A stretch of 33,331 nt of DNA from Octopus sinensis (Eukaryota), in contig NW_021832031.1 of the NCBI RefSeq assembly GCF_006345805.1, positions 1 to 33,331 on the forward strand, written 5' to 3'. Shown one piece after another: positions 11,461-21,074 of this stretch. Under the pieces are notes generated by a model. It was not told where the DNA came from and made no database searches. It saw only the letters and a program-made list of their open reading frames with translations. A program made the position numbers and the translations under genes. Each line of letters begins with the position of its first letter. Positions within the stretch are counted from its first letter, which is position 1.

Positions 11461-11839
11461 GTCTTTCAATATCCTTCTCTCTCCATAACTGTTTCCCAAT
11501 CTCTAATTTTTTTCTACTTTCCTCGCTGTTACTTCCGGTCCTAAGAGGAAGTGTCCATTGATAAGATTTATGGCGGCCGAAGAAATCTAATACTATAATA
11601 ATTTCCATTGGTTTCGCCTCAGAGATCACATGATGCTTGTCGTCCACCCCCCCCCACCCCACTTTGTATATGTAAAATAACGATGTTGGTGTTAGTGGCG
11701 CTGGTGATATTAAAGGAAGACAGTTGTGGCGGTGGGGGGGGGAGAAGTCCTAGGGGAGCTGGTCGGTTGCGGTCAGTGTTGGGATCATCATGGTGTTATT
11801 AATTAGTAACGGTGCTGGAGGTCTTTGTTATAATAATGG

Positions 11840-11885
11840 TAGAAGTAGTAGTAACAGAAACACCAGTAGTGGCTACTAGTAGCCA

Positions 11886-11925
<40 letters not shown>

Positions 11926-11969
11926 AGTGGTCGTGGTCGTGGTCGTGGGAAGAGTGGTTGGTGGTAGCT

Positions 11970-12015
<46 letters not shown>

Positions 12016-12194
12016 GTGGTGGTGTTCGTGAGAAGAGTGGTTGGTGGTGGCTGTAGTAGTAGTAGTAGTAGTTCTGGTAGTAGTAATAGTAGGAGCAGCA
12101 GCAGTGGAAGTCTTGGTGGTAGTAGCGCTAGTAGTAGTTGTAGCAGTAGTAGTAGCGGTAGCTGCAGTGGTAGTGATGGTGGTAGTTATAGTTT

Positions 12195-12242
<48 letters not shown>

Positions 12243-12400
12243 TTGTTGTTGTTGTTGTTGTTGTAGTAGTAGTAGTAGTAAGTTTTGGTGGATATAGTGC
12301 CGGTTGTGGTGATGGTGGCTGAGGTGGTGACGAATGCAGTGGTGGTGGTGATGGTGGTGGTGGTGGTGGTGGCGGTGGTCGTCGTCGTCGTCGTGGTTGC
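11840..12400 (+). repeat. Compound trinucleotide array (GTA/GTG/GTT/GGT/GTC)n with a duplicated interruption GAAGAGTGGTTGGTGGT(A/G)GCTGTAG
   Basis: Directly visible; generates the Thr/Pro/His and Ser/Val ORFs at 11803-12541. Confidence 0.92.
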
Positions 12401-12633
12401 TTCGTAGTCGTAGTGTCGTTCCCGCCTTGATCGCGGCGGCCATGTTGCTGATGTCGACGGTAAAACCACGATTGATTTCTGTGATTGACAAAAAGAAAAG
12501 GACAAATCATATCGATGATCGACTAATTTATTGCCAATCAATGGCTTTTGTTGTTGTAGACGTCGTTGTCATCGCCGTGTTTTTGTTGCTTTGCGCTAAT
12601 TATAGTGTTGTTACTAATATTAGCGTTGTTGTC

Positions 12634-13250
12634 AAGGCGGTGAGATGAGAGAATCGTTGACACCCTGGACAAAACGCTTAGCAACACTTCGTCCGTCTTC
12701 ACATTCTGAGTTCAAATTCTGCCGAGGTCGGCGTTACATTTCACCCCTTAGCTATTCATAAAATAGTGGAGGCGCAATGGCCCAGTGGTTAGGGCAGCGG
12801 ACTCGCGGTCATAGGATCGCGGTTTCGATTCCCAGACCGGGCGTTGTGAGTGTTTATTGAGCGAAAATACCTAAAAGCTCCACGAGGCTCTGGCAGGGGA
12901 TGGTGGTGATCCCTGCTGTACTCTTTCACCACAACTTTCTCTCACTCTTACTTCCTGTTTCTGTTGTACCTGTATTTCAAAGGGCCGGCCTTGTCACTCT
13001 CTGTGTCACGCTGAATAGCCCCGAGAACTACGTTAAGGGTACACGTGTCTGTGGAGTGCTCGGCCACTTACACGTTAATTTCACGAGCAGGCTGTTCCGT
13101 TGATTCGGATCAACCGGAACCCTCATCGTCGTAACCGACGGAGTGCTTCCAGTCCATTCATAAAATAAATACCATTTGAACACTGGGGTCGATGCAAACG
13201 ATTTTCCCACTTCTACGAAGTTGCTGACCTAGTGTCAAAATAGATCAAAC
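12634..13250 (+). mobile_element. tRNA-derived SINE family A, split by a nested SINE (A parts at 12634-12765 and 13156-13250)
   Basis: Head AAGGCGGTGAGATGAGAGAATCGTT and B box GAGTTCAAATTC; after the insert it resumes as AAATACCATTTGAACACTGGGGTCGATG...TTGCTGACCTAGTGTCAAAAT, the reverse complement of the other family A copies. Confidence 0.8.
12766..13155 (+). mobile_element. Full-length tRNA-derived SINE family B (390 bp) with 12-bp TSD
   Basis: A box TGGCCCAGTGG and B box GGTTTCGATTCC; flanked by identical ATTCATAAAATA at 12754-12765 and 13156-13167; a second head copy lies at ~25172-25316. Confidence 0.9.
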
Positions 13251-13714
13251 CCGTTGTTTCGTTGCGTTTCCGGACAGAATATTTTCAACGTGGTATTTAT
13301 CAAAATATTCCTCTGTTAAACATTTTTGCCCCATAAACGACAATCTACATTGTTTTATCGAGTGAGAGGGGCTTTTCAAAAAAACATACACTTATTAAAT
13401 AAAAATTTAGCATGGCCAGGATCGTTAGAGCGTCAAATAGATTGTTCTACAATAATCGTTCTGATGCCATTTTCCCTAAGTTCAAACATTCAAGCGTAGT
13501 CAATATTGAGTTTTTTTTTTTATTCTTTCGAGGTTAATAAAGTATCAGGCTGACACTAATGGTAATTCTTCTTTCTTCTTCTCTCTGTCTCTCTTTCTTT
13601 TCTTTTTTTTTTCTCGGTCTTTCTTATCGTGTCTCTCTCTGAGAGAAATCGATTGTGCTAGGAGCTGCCGAAAGTGGACTCCACCACATCTAAAAAATGT
13701 AAAAGACTCATAGC

Positions 13715-13776
<62 letters not shown>

Positions 13777-13836
13777 ATATATAATATATATATATTATAT
13801 ATATATATATATATTATATATATATATATATATATA
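13715..13836. repeat. (TA)n microsatellite abutting the 3' end of Helitron copy 4
   Basis: Directly visible. Confidence 0.95.
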
Positions 13837-14233
13837 CTAGCTGTATCACCCGGCGTTGCTCGGGTTTGTAAGGGAAATAACTATATAAGCATTTTTAGAG
13901 ATGTAAAGTATAATAGCCATCTCAATATGGCTAACCACAAATGGGGGGTGTTACTGTAGCTTTTTACGTTCTAAGATTTAATAATACATTTTTAGAGAGT
14001 TACTTCCCTTATATAAACCGAGCGAAAATGCATTAAAAATACGGAAAAATTATGGTAAATTTGTTTTTTAATCGTAGACTCATCGTAGACGCGCGCTAAT
14101 ACCCAGACGGGCTCGATATGAATCACGACTATAAGATACCCGGTTTTGGTTAAACTGCACCGCAAAATGTGGGAGTAGTTAGGAATCTAAATCGTAGGAG
14201 ACAGACACACAACTTCACTTTTATATATAAAGA
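13837..14233 (-). mobile_element. Non-autonomous Helitron, copy 4 (397 bp)
   Basis: Same termini (5' TC, hairpin, 3' CTAG) and same internal module as copy 1. Confidence 0.85.
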
Positions 14234-14244
14234 TATATCGGTTG

Positions 14245-14640
14245 TGCCCCTATGCGTCCGTCAAGGAATTGCAGACCCTATACAAGCAAGCAGTGTAAGA
14301 TAGAATGGATTTCTTGACCTTCAGAGAAATAAGTGCCAATGTCAAAGTAAATTGACCAATTTGGGAAGCCGAACAGTTTCTATTATGATCTAACATTTGT
14401 GGGAACGGATTAGGATCTCAAAAGGTAAGGAGTGCCAGAGCACTTCTTTGAGAAATGTTCCGTGTTATTGATAGACCAGCATTCAATCCACATGTGGGAG
14501 ACTTTGAGAGAATTATCAAAGAGTTTCAAAAACAGAACTAGCGTGCATCAAGTTCGGGTTTAAAACATGACATCAACAACATACTTACGGTTATCTTCAA
14601 CAACATCCAATCAGAAATACATAAGTACAACAGGCCAGAG
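14245..14640 (+). mobile_element. Possible heavily decayed CR1/L2-group LINE RT C-terminal fragment
   Basis: Fragmentary frames ELQTLYKQAV*DRMDF (cf. TLYK..VR..LEY), SQKVRSARALL*EMF (cf. SL..RR....L..YK) and [10 protein letters not shown] (cf. LWN.LP.EI). Many stops; judged by eye only. Confidence 0.35.
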
Positions 14641-14689
14641 AGTACGCCGTCGCTATATATACGGCGCGTTCTTTAATTGTTTTAGGTGC

Positions 14690-14757
14690 ATGCATATATA
14701 TAATATATTCTTCGTATGCATATGTATACATATTTATATGTGTATATATATATATAT

Positions 14758-14806
<49 letters not shown>

Positions 14807-14839
14807 GTGTGTGTGTATATATATATATATTATATATAT

Positions 14840-14889
<50 letters not shown>

Positions 14890-14926
14890 ATATATATATA
14901 TGTATATATATATATGTATATGTATA

Positions 14927-14969
<43 letters not shown>

Positions 14970-15002
14970 ACATATGTATATGTATACGAATATATATATA
15001 TA
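14690..15002. repeat. (TA)n/(TG)n compound microsatellite at the tail of the RTE fragment
   Basis: Directly visible. Confidence 0.95.
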
Positions 15003-15261
15003 TGATGGCCGTCCACACGTGACCGAGGAAGACCATTGCCGACCTTCAGGAACATTTTGCGCTCTAGGACTAACTTATATTTTGCATTTGCGGCTCCGTT
15101 GGTGGCTAATGAGCCCTGCTCATGACAAGCATACACGACTGCAAACATTGCAGACCAAGCTTTCCCCATTCACTATACGAGCCGTGCGCTTTCGCGCAGC
15201 TCGCTTAAGTTCTTCATGCTGGATACGTGCTCTCTCAAAAGTGTCGATCCCCTCCTTAACC
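15003..15261 (-). mobile_element. RTE-clade LINE 3' fragment
   Basis: Minus strand translates to [60 protein letters not shown], an RTE C-terminal CxxC..H zinc-finger-like motif (TGA probably from CGA). A short 3' UTR ends GGCAATGGTCTTCCTCGGTCACGTGTGGACGGCCATCA. Confidence 0.75.
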
Positions 15262-16134
15262 TTCTTTCTATATATATATGCATATATACATCTGTATATA
15301 TACCCTCATGTACATATATGTCCACTCATATACATATGCATAATTCATGTGCATATACTTACATACACATATGCACGCAGACATATATGTGTATACATAC
15401 ATATGTATGTAGATTTAGACTTAAATGTATGTGTTTGCGTTTGAATATATACATATATATATATATAATATGGACTATGTTCTTTAACATGATTAGTTTC
15501 TATAACAAAACTCAAATAATTATGCACAAACACACACACGCACCAAACCATACCACACACTTTGATCATCTAATATACACATTTGAAAAAAAGTCTTTTA
15601 CACAAAGGAAATCAAACGTTTTAAATAATACTCCACGCAGACAAACATACATACATACACAGACACACATGCACGCTCACAGAGACATATGCACACCCAC
15701 ACGCACAGAAACACGCACACAGACATACACACACACACACACACATACACACACACACACACATACCTACACACACAAACAAAACCACAACAGCAGAGAC
15801 ACAGTCGAACGACACAATTTGATAATTAGTAAGATATTTCTACAGTAATAAAGATAATTAATCTTGGTGAATTAGATGAAGCTTCGTTAGGTTTGTTGTC
15901 TGTAATAACACCAATATGGCGTAACATGATGTTCAATGAACAATTGTAGGGGAAAACATTACAGACGCCATTTGTCATAAACCAGACGCGGTCGTCTGCT
16001 TCTTCATATGTGTCTATGTATACGTATGCCTTTGTGTGTACTTGTGTGTCATCTGTGTGTGTATACATGAGTGCTTATCTAAAGGCGTCCAATATATTAA
16101 AGTATTACAAGTGTGCATTATCTCTTATATATAA

Positions 16135-16178
<44 letters not shown>

Positions 16179-16308
16179 ATATTCTCCAGCGTACATTAAA
16201 CTAAATAGCCGGCTGAGCCGTTACGTTGTTATGTAATTACTCTTTAAATTACGCGTACATAAACCTATGTGTATATACATACATATATATATACATGCAT
16301 TCATACAT

Positions 16309-16357
16309 ACATGCATATATGCTTACTTACATACATACGTATATGCATGCATGCATA

Positions 16358-16388
<31 letters not shown>

Positions 16389-16466
16389 ACATACATACAT
16401 ACATACATACATACATACATACATACATACATACATACATACATACATACATACATACATACATAC
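16309..16466 (+). repeat. (CATA)n/(TA)n microsatellite
   Basis: Directly visible. Confidence 0.95.
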
Positions 16467-16470
16467 AGAT

Positions 16471-16610
16471 ATAGGTGGGCACAAATATGGTTGCGTGCTT
16501 CAGAAGTTCGCTTTGCGGTCATGTCGTTTCGTGATCAGTCCCAATGCGCGTCATCAAATGTCTTCTGCTACTGCCTCGTTGTGGAAACCAGGCGTATATG
16601 TTTACGTGTA
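16471..16610 (+). mobile_element. Degenerate tRNA-related head of a SINE (probably family C)
   Basis: GATCAGTCCCAATGCG (B-box-like) and AAATGTCTTCTGCTACTGCCTCG resemble a remembered octopus CORE-type SINE head; no second head copy in the window. Confidence 0.4.
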
Positions 16611-16657
16611 TGTGGCTATTTTTCACGGAAAATTGAACAGGGAGCTAAAATTGATTT

Positions 16658-16864
16658 AAAATTTTGACACACTCCAGCAATTTCGGAGAAGTGGTAAGTC
16701 CAATACATCGGTCCCAGTCTTCAACAGGTACTTATTTTATCGACCACGAAAAAAATGAAAAGCAAAGTTGACCGCGGCGGAATTTTAACACAGGACTTAA
16801 AGATGGAAGAAAAGCCGCTTAGAGTTTTGCCCAGTGTGCTAAAGATTCTGCCAGCTCGCCGCTC
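16658..16864 (-). mobile_element. tRNA-derived SINE family A, near full length
   Basis: Head (reverse complement) GCGGCGAGCTGGCAGAATCTTTAGCACACTGGGC; body GGTACTTATTTTATCGACC...; homologous to the other copies. Confidence 0.8.
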
Positions 16865-16879
16865 TTTATTTATATGTCA

Positions 16880-17361
16880 CTAGCAGTATCGCCCGGCGTT
16901 GCTCGGGTTTGTAAGGGAAATAACTATATAAGCATTTTTAGAGAGTTACTTCCCTTATAGATGCCAATTCGGGCTTTCTTAGCCATTTCTGTTTTGGTGT
17001 CTTCAAGCCATGAAGTCGTTGTTCTAAAAGAACGCTGGTCTCCTTGACAACGCTTTACGACGTTGATTTCCTTACACTCCCTTCCCCACAGCTCCACGTG
17101 GGAGGGAAGAAGGGGGAGAAGCAACACAGGTGCAAGTGTGACCATGGACGCCAACTCCGCCGCCGTCGACACACGAAAAAATATGCATTAAAATGGAATA
17201 AAAAATGATGTTAAATTATTTTTAAAATCGTAGCTCGATATGAATTACGACTATAAGATACCCGAATTTGGTTAAACTGCACCGCAAAATGTGGGAGTAG
17301 TTAGGAATCTAAATCGAAGGGGACAGACACTCACACAACTACAGTTTTATATATATATAGA
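16880..17361 (-). mobile_element. Non-autonomous Helitron, copy 5 (482 bp), with a ~205-bp GC-richer internal module (~16968-17173)
   Basis: Same hairpin-CTAG 3' end and TC 5' end; lacks the copy 1/4 module and has a ~33-bp deletion near 17232. Confidence 0.8.
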
Positions 17362-18010
17362 TGACATTCTTTTTGGTATTCACATGGACTTAAATAACAC
17401 AATAATACTGGTTTGATGTGTCGCCTCAGTATAACAAGTGACCATTACACCACGTTTCGTTTCAAAGGTTGCGCTTTGCAATCCAAGAGCCGTATATATA
17501 ACTGCGAAACATCTAATGAAACAAATGAAACAATGAAGCCTTGAAACTCCCAGGATGCAACTGCAAATGCTCATTACCTCATTCTTTAGAAGATATCGTG
17601 ATCATTTGTAGCATATAAATTAAGGATTTACATTCTCCCCCAAAAATCCCATGCATGTATGTACAAAATCCCAAACACCTGATTAACAATCTCTCTGTTT
17701 TACCTCTGATAAATTCTCTATTTAATGCATGTTCTGTCTCTTTAACATTGTATCTCTCTCTTTCTTCCTGAAATTTAGGTGCTTATATTTTAGAGGTCAA
17801 AGGTTACAGATTAGGTGCCAATTTATCAGGTATGACACCAAAATCACGAGTGGAAAACCTCTGTTACTTTTAGAACCTAGTTCCTTAATTAAAATTAGAT
17901 CCATTCCTTAATTAATTTTAGATCCTATCAACCTTTCTTCTTTATACAATTTCCAGTTTGTATTTACGTGTTTAACTTTGTCTATTAATTAGTATTATAG
18001 TTTAGTTTTA

Positions 18011-18087
18011 TGTGTGTATGTGTGCATGTGTGTAGGTGTGCATGTGTGTAGGTGTGCATGTGTGTATGTGTGCATGTGTGTATGTGC
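18011..18087 (+). repeat. 16-bp minisatellite TGTGTGTA(T/G)GTGTGCA, about 5 copies
   Basis: Directly visible. Confidence 0.85.
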
Positions 18088-18377
18088 GTTCAAGAATGTA
18101 TGCGTGTACAACTCACCAGCACTAGCACCGGATGACAAAAAAAAAGATAAATGGTTCTAAGTTGTATTATCCTTAGTTGTATTTCCTTAGAAAAATTCAC
18201 ATTTTTCTGTCTGTATATAAATAAATGCAATCCCTCCATTATTCTAACGTATATTTCAATAACTGTTTGAGTAAACCTATCTGTAACGCACCTATAAGGA
18301 TTACTGGAAACAGCTGTAAGCCAGATTTGATCTAAGAAAGGGAAAATATGTAATGACCATTACATATCACACTGCGT

Positions 18378-18469
18378 AATTCGCTGGGGTAAAGGTAACA
18401 CACTTTGTCACGTTAACAAAAGAATGTGGGTTCGGGTCCTACGCGGATAGGAAAGCCGTGTTTTTTTTT
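18378..18469 (+). pseudogene. 73-nt tRNA-like cloverleaf (18378-18450) with T9 Pol III terminator (18461-18469); tRNA pseudogene or SINE head
   Basis: Acceptor AATTCGC/GCGGATA (6/7), D stem GGGT/ACAC (3/4) with GG in the loop, anticodon stem TTTGT/ACAAA (5/5) with atypical loop CACGTTA, 5-nt variable loop, T stem GTGGG/CCTAC with loop TTCGGGT. Confidence 0.55.
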
Positions 18470-18656
18470 CATAGTAGACTATGTTCCTTAGTCATTGCAC
18501 GGTGATCGCCATAAGCTTTAAGCTTATACAAATACGGTACCATTCGCACCGTATATATATATATATATATATTTAATGTAGGATAACATTTTTCGAAAAC
18601 AAATTTTATCAATGGCTAGCATATTAAAAAATACCTTTAAAGGTTAAAATTATAAC

Positions 18657-19151
18657 AACTTTTAAATAAGGGCAAACGAAAAAATTTCCAATGCCAAATA
18701 TGCCGAAAATTGGACATATTATCCATTACCATATAATTTTTCACAATACGCACGCTACTCGAAAAAAAGCCGACAGAAATTTCTAAAAAAATTCCATTAT
18801 TACCATATCGGACCGATTTCAGGGTTAGTTCATGAGAACCCTCCCTTCGTCAGTGATAAATGTGGCAAAGAAATAAATGAGATACTTACTCATACCCATG
18901 GAAGAGTAATATGGGTATGAGTAAGTATTTCATTTATTTCTTTGCCACATTTATCACTGACGAAGGGAGGGTTCTCATGAACTAACCCTAAAATCGGTCC
19001 GATATGGTAATAATGGAATTTTTTTAGAAATTTCTGTCGGCTTTTTTTCGAGTAGCGTGCGTATTGTGAAAAATTATATGGTAATGGATAATATGTCCAA
19101 TTTTCGGCATATTTGGCATTGGTAATTTTTTCGTTTGCCCTTATTTATAAG

Positions 19152-19153
<2 letters not shown>
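18657..19153. repeat. 497-bp near-perfect inverted repeat (foldback): 243-bp arms, 11-nt spacer
   Basis: Arms 18657-18899 and 18911-19153 are reverse complements with 4 substitutions and no indels by manual comparison; spacer GGAAGAGTAAT. Confidence 0.95.
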
Positions 19154-19181
<28 letters not shown>

Positions 19182-19184
<3 letters not shown>

Positions 19185-19401
19185 AAATTTAGTTTAGTTA
19201 AAGTGTCTGTGATATATTTCAACATTGCAGCTACCGAGGAGAAAATATCTCTCTTACGGTAAACGGTGTGAAAACAGCCGGTTTGTTTAGTGTCTCCATA
19301 TATGGGATTCCTGATGGCTGGTGACACCATGGTAACTGCAGTGTATTTGCCTTTAGAAGTTGAATACATCACAAACATAGTTCAACTAACTTAAATTTTG
19401 C
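19182..19401. mobile_element. Degenerate MITE-like element (220 bp) with ~43-60-bp imperfect TIRs
   Basis: GCAAAATTTAGTTTAGTTAAAGTGTCTGTGATATATTTCAAC versus the reverse complement of 19359-19401, GCAAAATTTAAGTTAGTTGAACTATGTTTGTGATGTATTCAAC; a further inner match ATTGCAGCTACC / ACTGCAGTTACC. Confidence 0.55.
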
Positions 19402-19489
19402 TTATGCCTAAACAATGCTTAGCACTAACATTTCGTTGCATATATATATTTATATATATATATGAAACTTACGTATGAAACTTACAGGG

Positions 19490-20234
19490 TACACTGGTCC
19501 ACGGGGAATTTCAATCCCAGAGCCTAAATCAGTGAGGGACCTGGGTATCGACATGAGTTACAAAAACCTCTTTACAAGTGCAGATTACCAGGATGGCGAC
19601 AAAGTGCACACGACTAGCTGGATGGATCCTGAGAACATTCAGAACCAGAGATAAGGAAACCATGATGGCCCTCGGGAGGACATTCGTCCTCAGCCACCTG
19701 GATTACTGCTCACAGCTATGGTCACCCACCAGTGTGAAATTAACAGCGGACCTTGAAGCAATCCAGAGAAGATTCACAAAGAAGATCGTCTCTTTGCAAC
19801 TGCTCAGCTACTGGGAAAGGCTGAAACAGCTAAGACTCTACTCCCTGGAGAGAAGTCGGGAGCGGTATGCAGTAATATACAGCTGGAAGATCCTGGAACG
19901 ACACTGCATAGTGGCAAAGATCCCAGCAACGCCATCGCGCTTCAGGACCAGTTACTGCAACAGCCTGAGCCCACAGCTTTTTAACATTCTCCCAAAGAGC
20001 CTGAGGAATCTGCACAAAGTAGATGTAGGCGTTTTTAAATCAAAGCTGGACTTCTTCCTGTCGAGAGTCCCAGATGAACCTACATCATGGCAAGAGGTGC
20101 AAATGAGGGTAGCTATATCAAACTCCATTCTTCACCAAGTGCCATATTTTGGAGGAGGCTCATAGTAATATCAGTGTAGCTAAACGGCGGTGCATCAGCA
20201 TGGCCGCAGCTCTGAGCTGGAAGTACAGAAAAAA
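19490..20234 (+). mobile_element. 5'-truncated CR1-group LINE (RT C-terminal region and 3' UTR); pseudogenised ORF 19578-20165
   Basis: SVRDLGID, then a frameshift in the A-run at ~19562, then GWILRTFRTRD...LSHLDYCSQLWSP...LEAIQRRFTKKI...LSYWERLKQLRLYSLERSRERY...QLFNILPKSLRN...FKSKLDFFLSRVPDEP. These are classic CR1-group RT/thumb motifs; apparent internal deletion after WKILE. Confidence 0.9.
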
Positions 20235-20250
20235 TATGTACATATGTATG

Positions 20251-20436
20251 TAGGTAGGTAGATAGGAAAGTAAGTAGGTAGGGAGGTAGGTATGTGGGTA
20301 GATAGGTAGGTAGGTAGGTAGGTAGGTAGGTAGGTAGGTAGGGAGGTAGGTAGGTAGGTAGGTAGGTAGGTAGGTAGGTAGGTGGGTAGGTAGGTAGGTA
20401 GGTAGGTAGGTAAGTAGGTAGGTAGGTAGGTAGGTA
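20251..20436 (+). repeat. (GGTA)n microsatellite directly after the CR1 tail
   Basis: Directly visible. Confidence 0.97.
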
Positions 20437-20999
20437 CGTACGTTGGTGCAAACATCCAATAGTTAAATATTTAGAATAGTGTACGGTGACTTAAATTTGT
20501 TATACATCAGACTGAGTGTATATACATGTTTGTATACATTGTGTAAGCGTATGATGCCAGAATTATGTGTTAATGTATTGAGATTTTGCAACACGTTTCT
20601 GGGAATTCTGGGAATTAATTGTTTTTAGAATGGTCAGTAAGTTTCTGCAAAACATCTCAGACTCTTTTTCTGCTACGCATTTCTGAAAATTATTTGATTG
20701 CAACTATTTTTGAGAATGGTCTGTAAGCTTCCAGAGATGTAGGCGACTCTCTGTAAATGGTTGTTGCATGTTTTCTTAGAACAATTTACATGTTTCTATA
20801 AAATGTTCAAGAAAGCTGCAGCAGGATTCAGCGCTTGTCACATTTGATGTGTGAAAGAAAAAAGAAAAAAGAAAAATGAAAAATGAAACAAAATAAAATA
20901 ATACAAAATAATAAAAAACAAAAAAGAAAGGCAAAACGAAGAAGAAGAAGAAAAAAATTTTTTCAATTTCGTTTCAGTCGAAACGATGGCTGAATCAAA

Positions 21000-21034
21000 G
21001 GAACAACAACAACAAAGACAACGAATACCACAAA

Positions 21035-21074
<40 letters not shown>

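Noticed and set aside
11803-12510. 235-aa mucin-like Thr/Pro-rich minus-strand ORF, and the overlapping His-rich ORF with MAAAIK
   Set aside because: Built almost entirely from triplet repeats open in several frames and on both strands; no signal peptide, splice or homology support.
13408-13503. Very degenerate SINE-A-like head (GGCCAGGATCGTTAGAGCG...AAGTTCAAAC)
   Set aside because: Too diverged to support as a feature without an HMM search.
15826-16068. EEADDR motif in a minus-strand ORF resembling the HEEADTR motif of some TE-associated nucleases
   Set aside because: Only a six-residue resemblance with no supporting flanking similarity.
18657-19153. Foldback as a microRNA precursor or bacterial terminator
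   Set aside because: The stem is far too long and perfect for a pre-miRNA, and the context is not prokaryotic.
19578-20165. 195-aa ORF as a host gene
   Set aside because: It is a truncated, frameshifted CR1-type reverse transcriptase fragment, listed as a mobile element.
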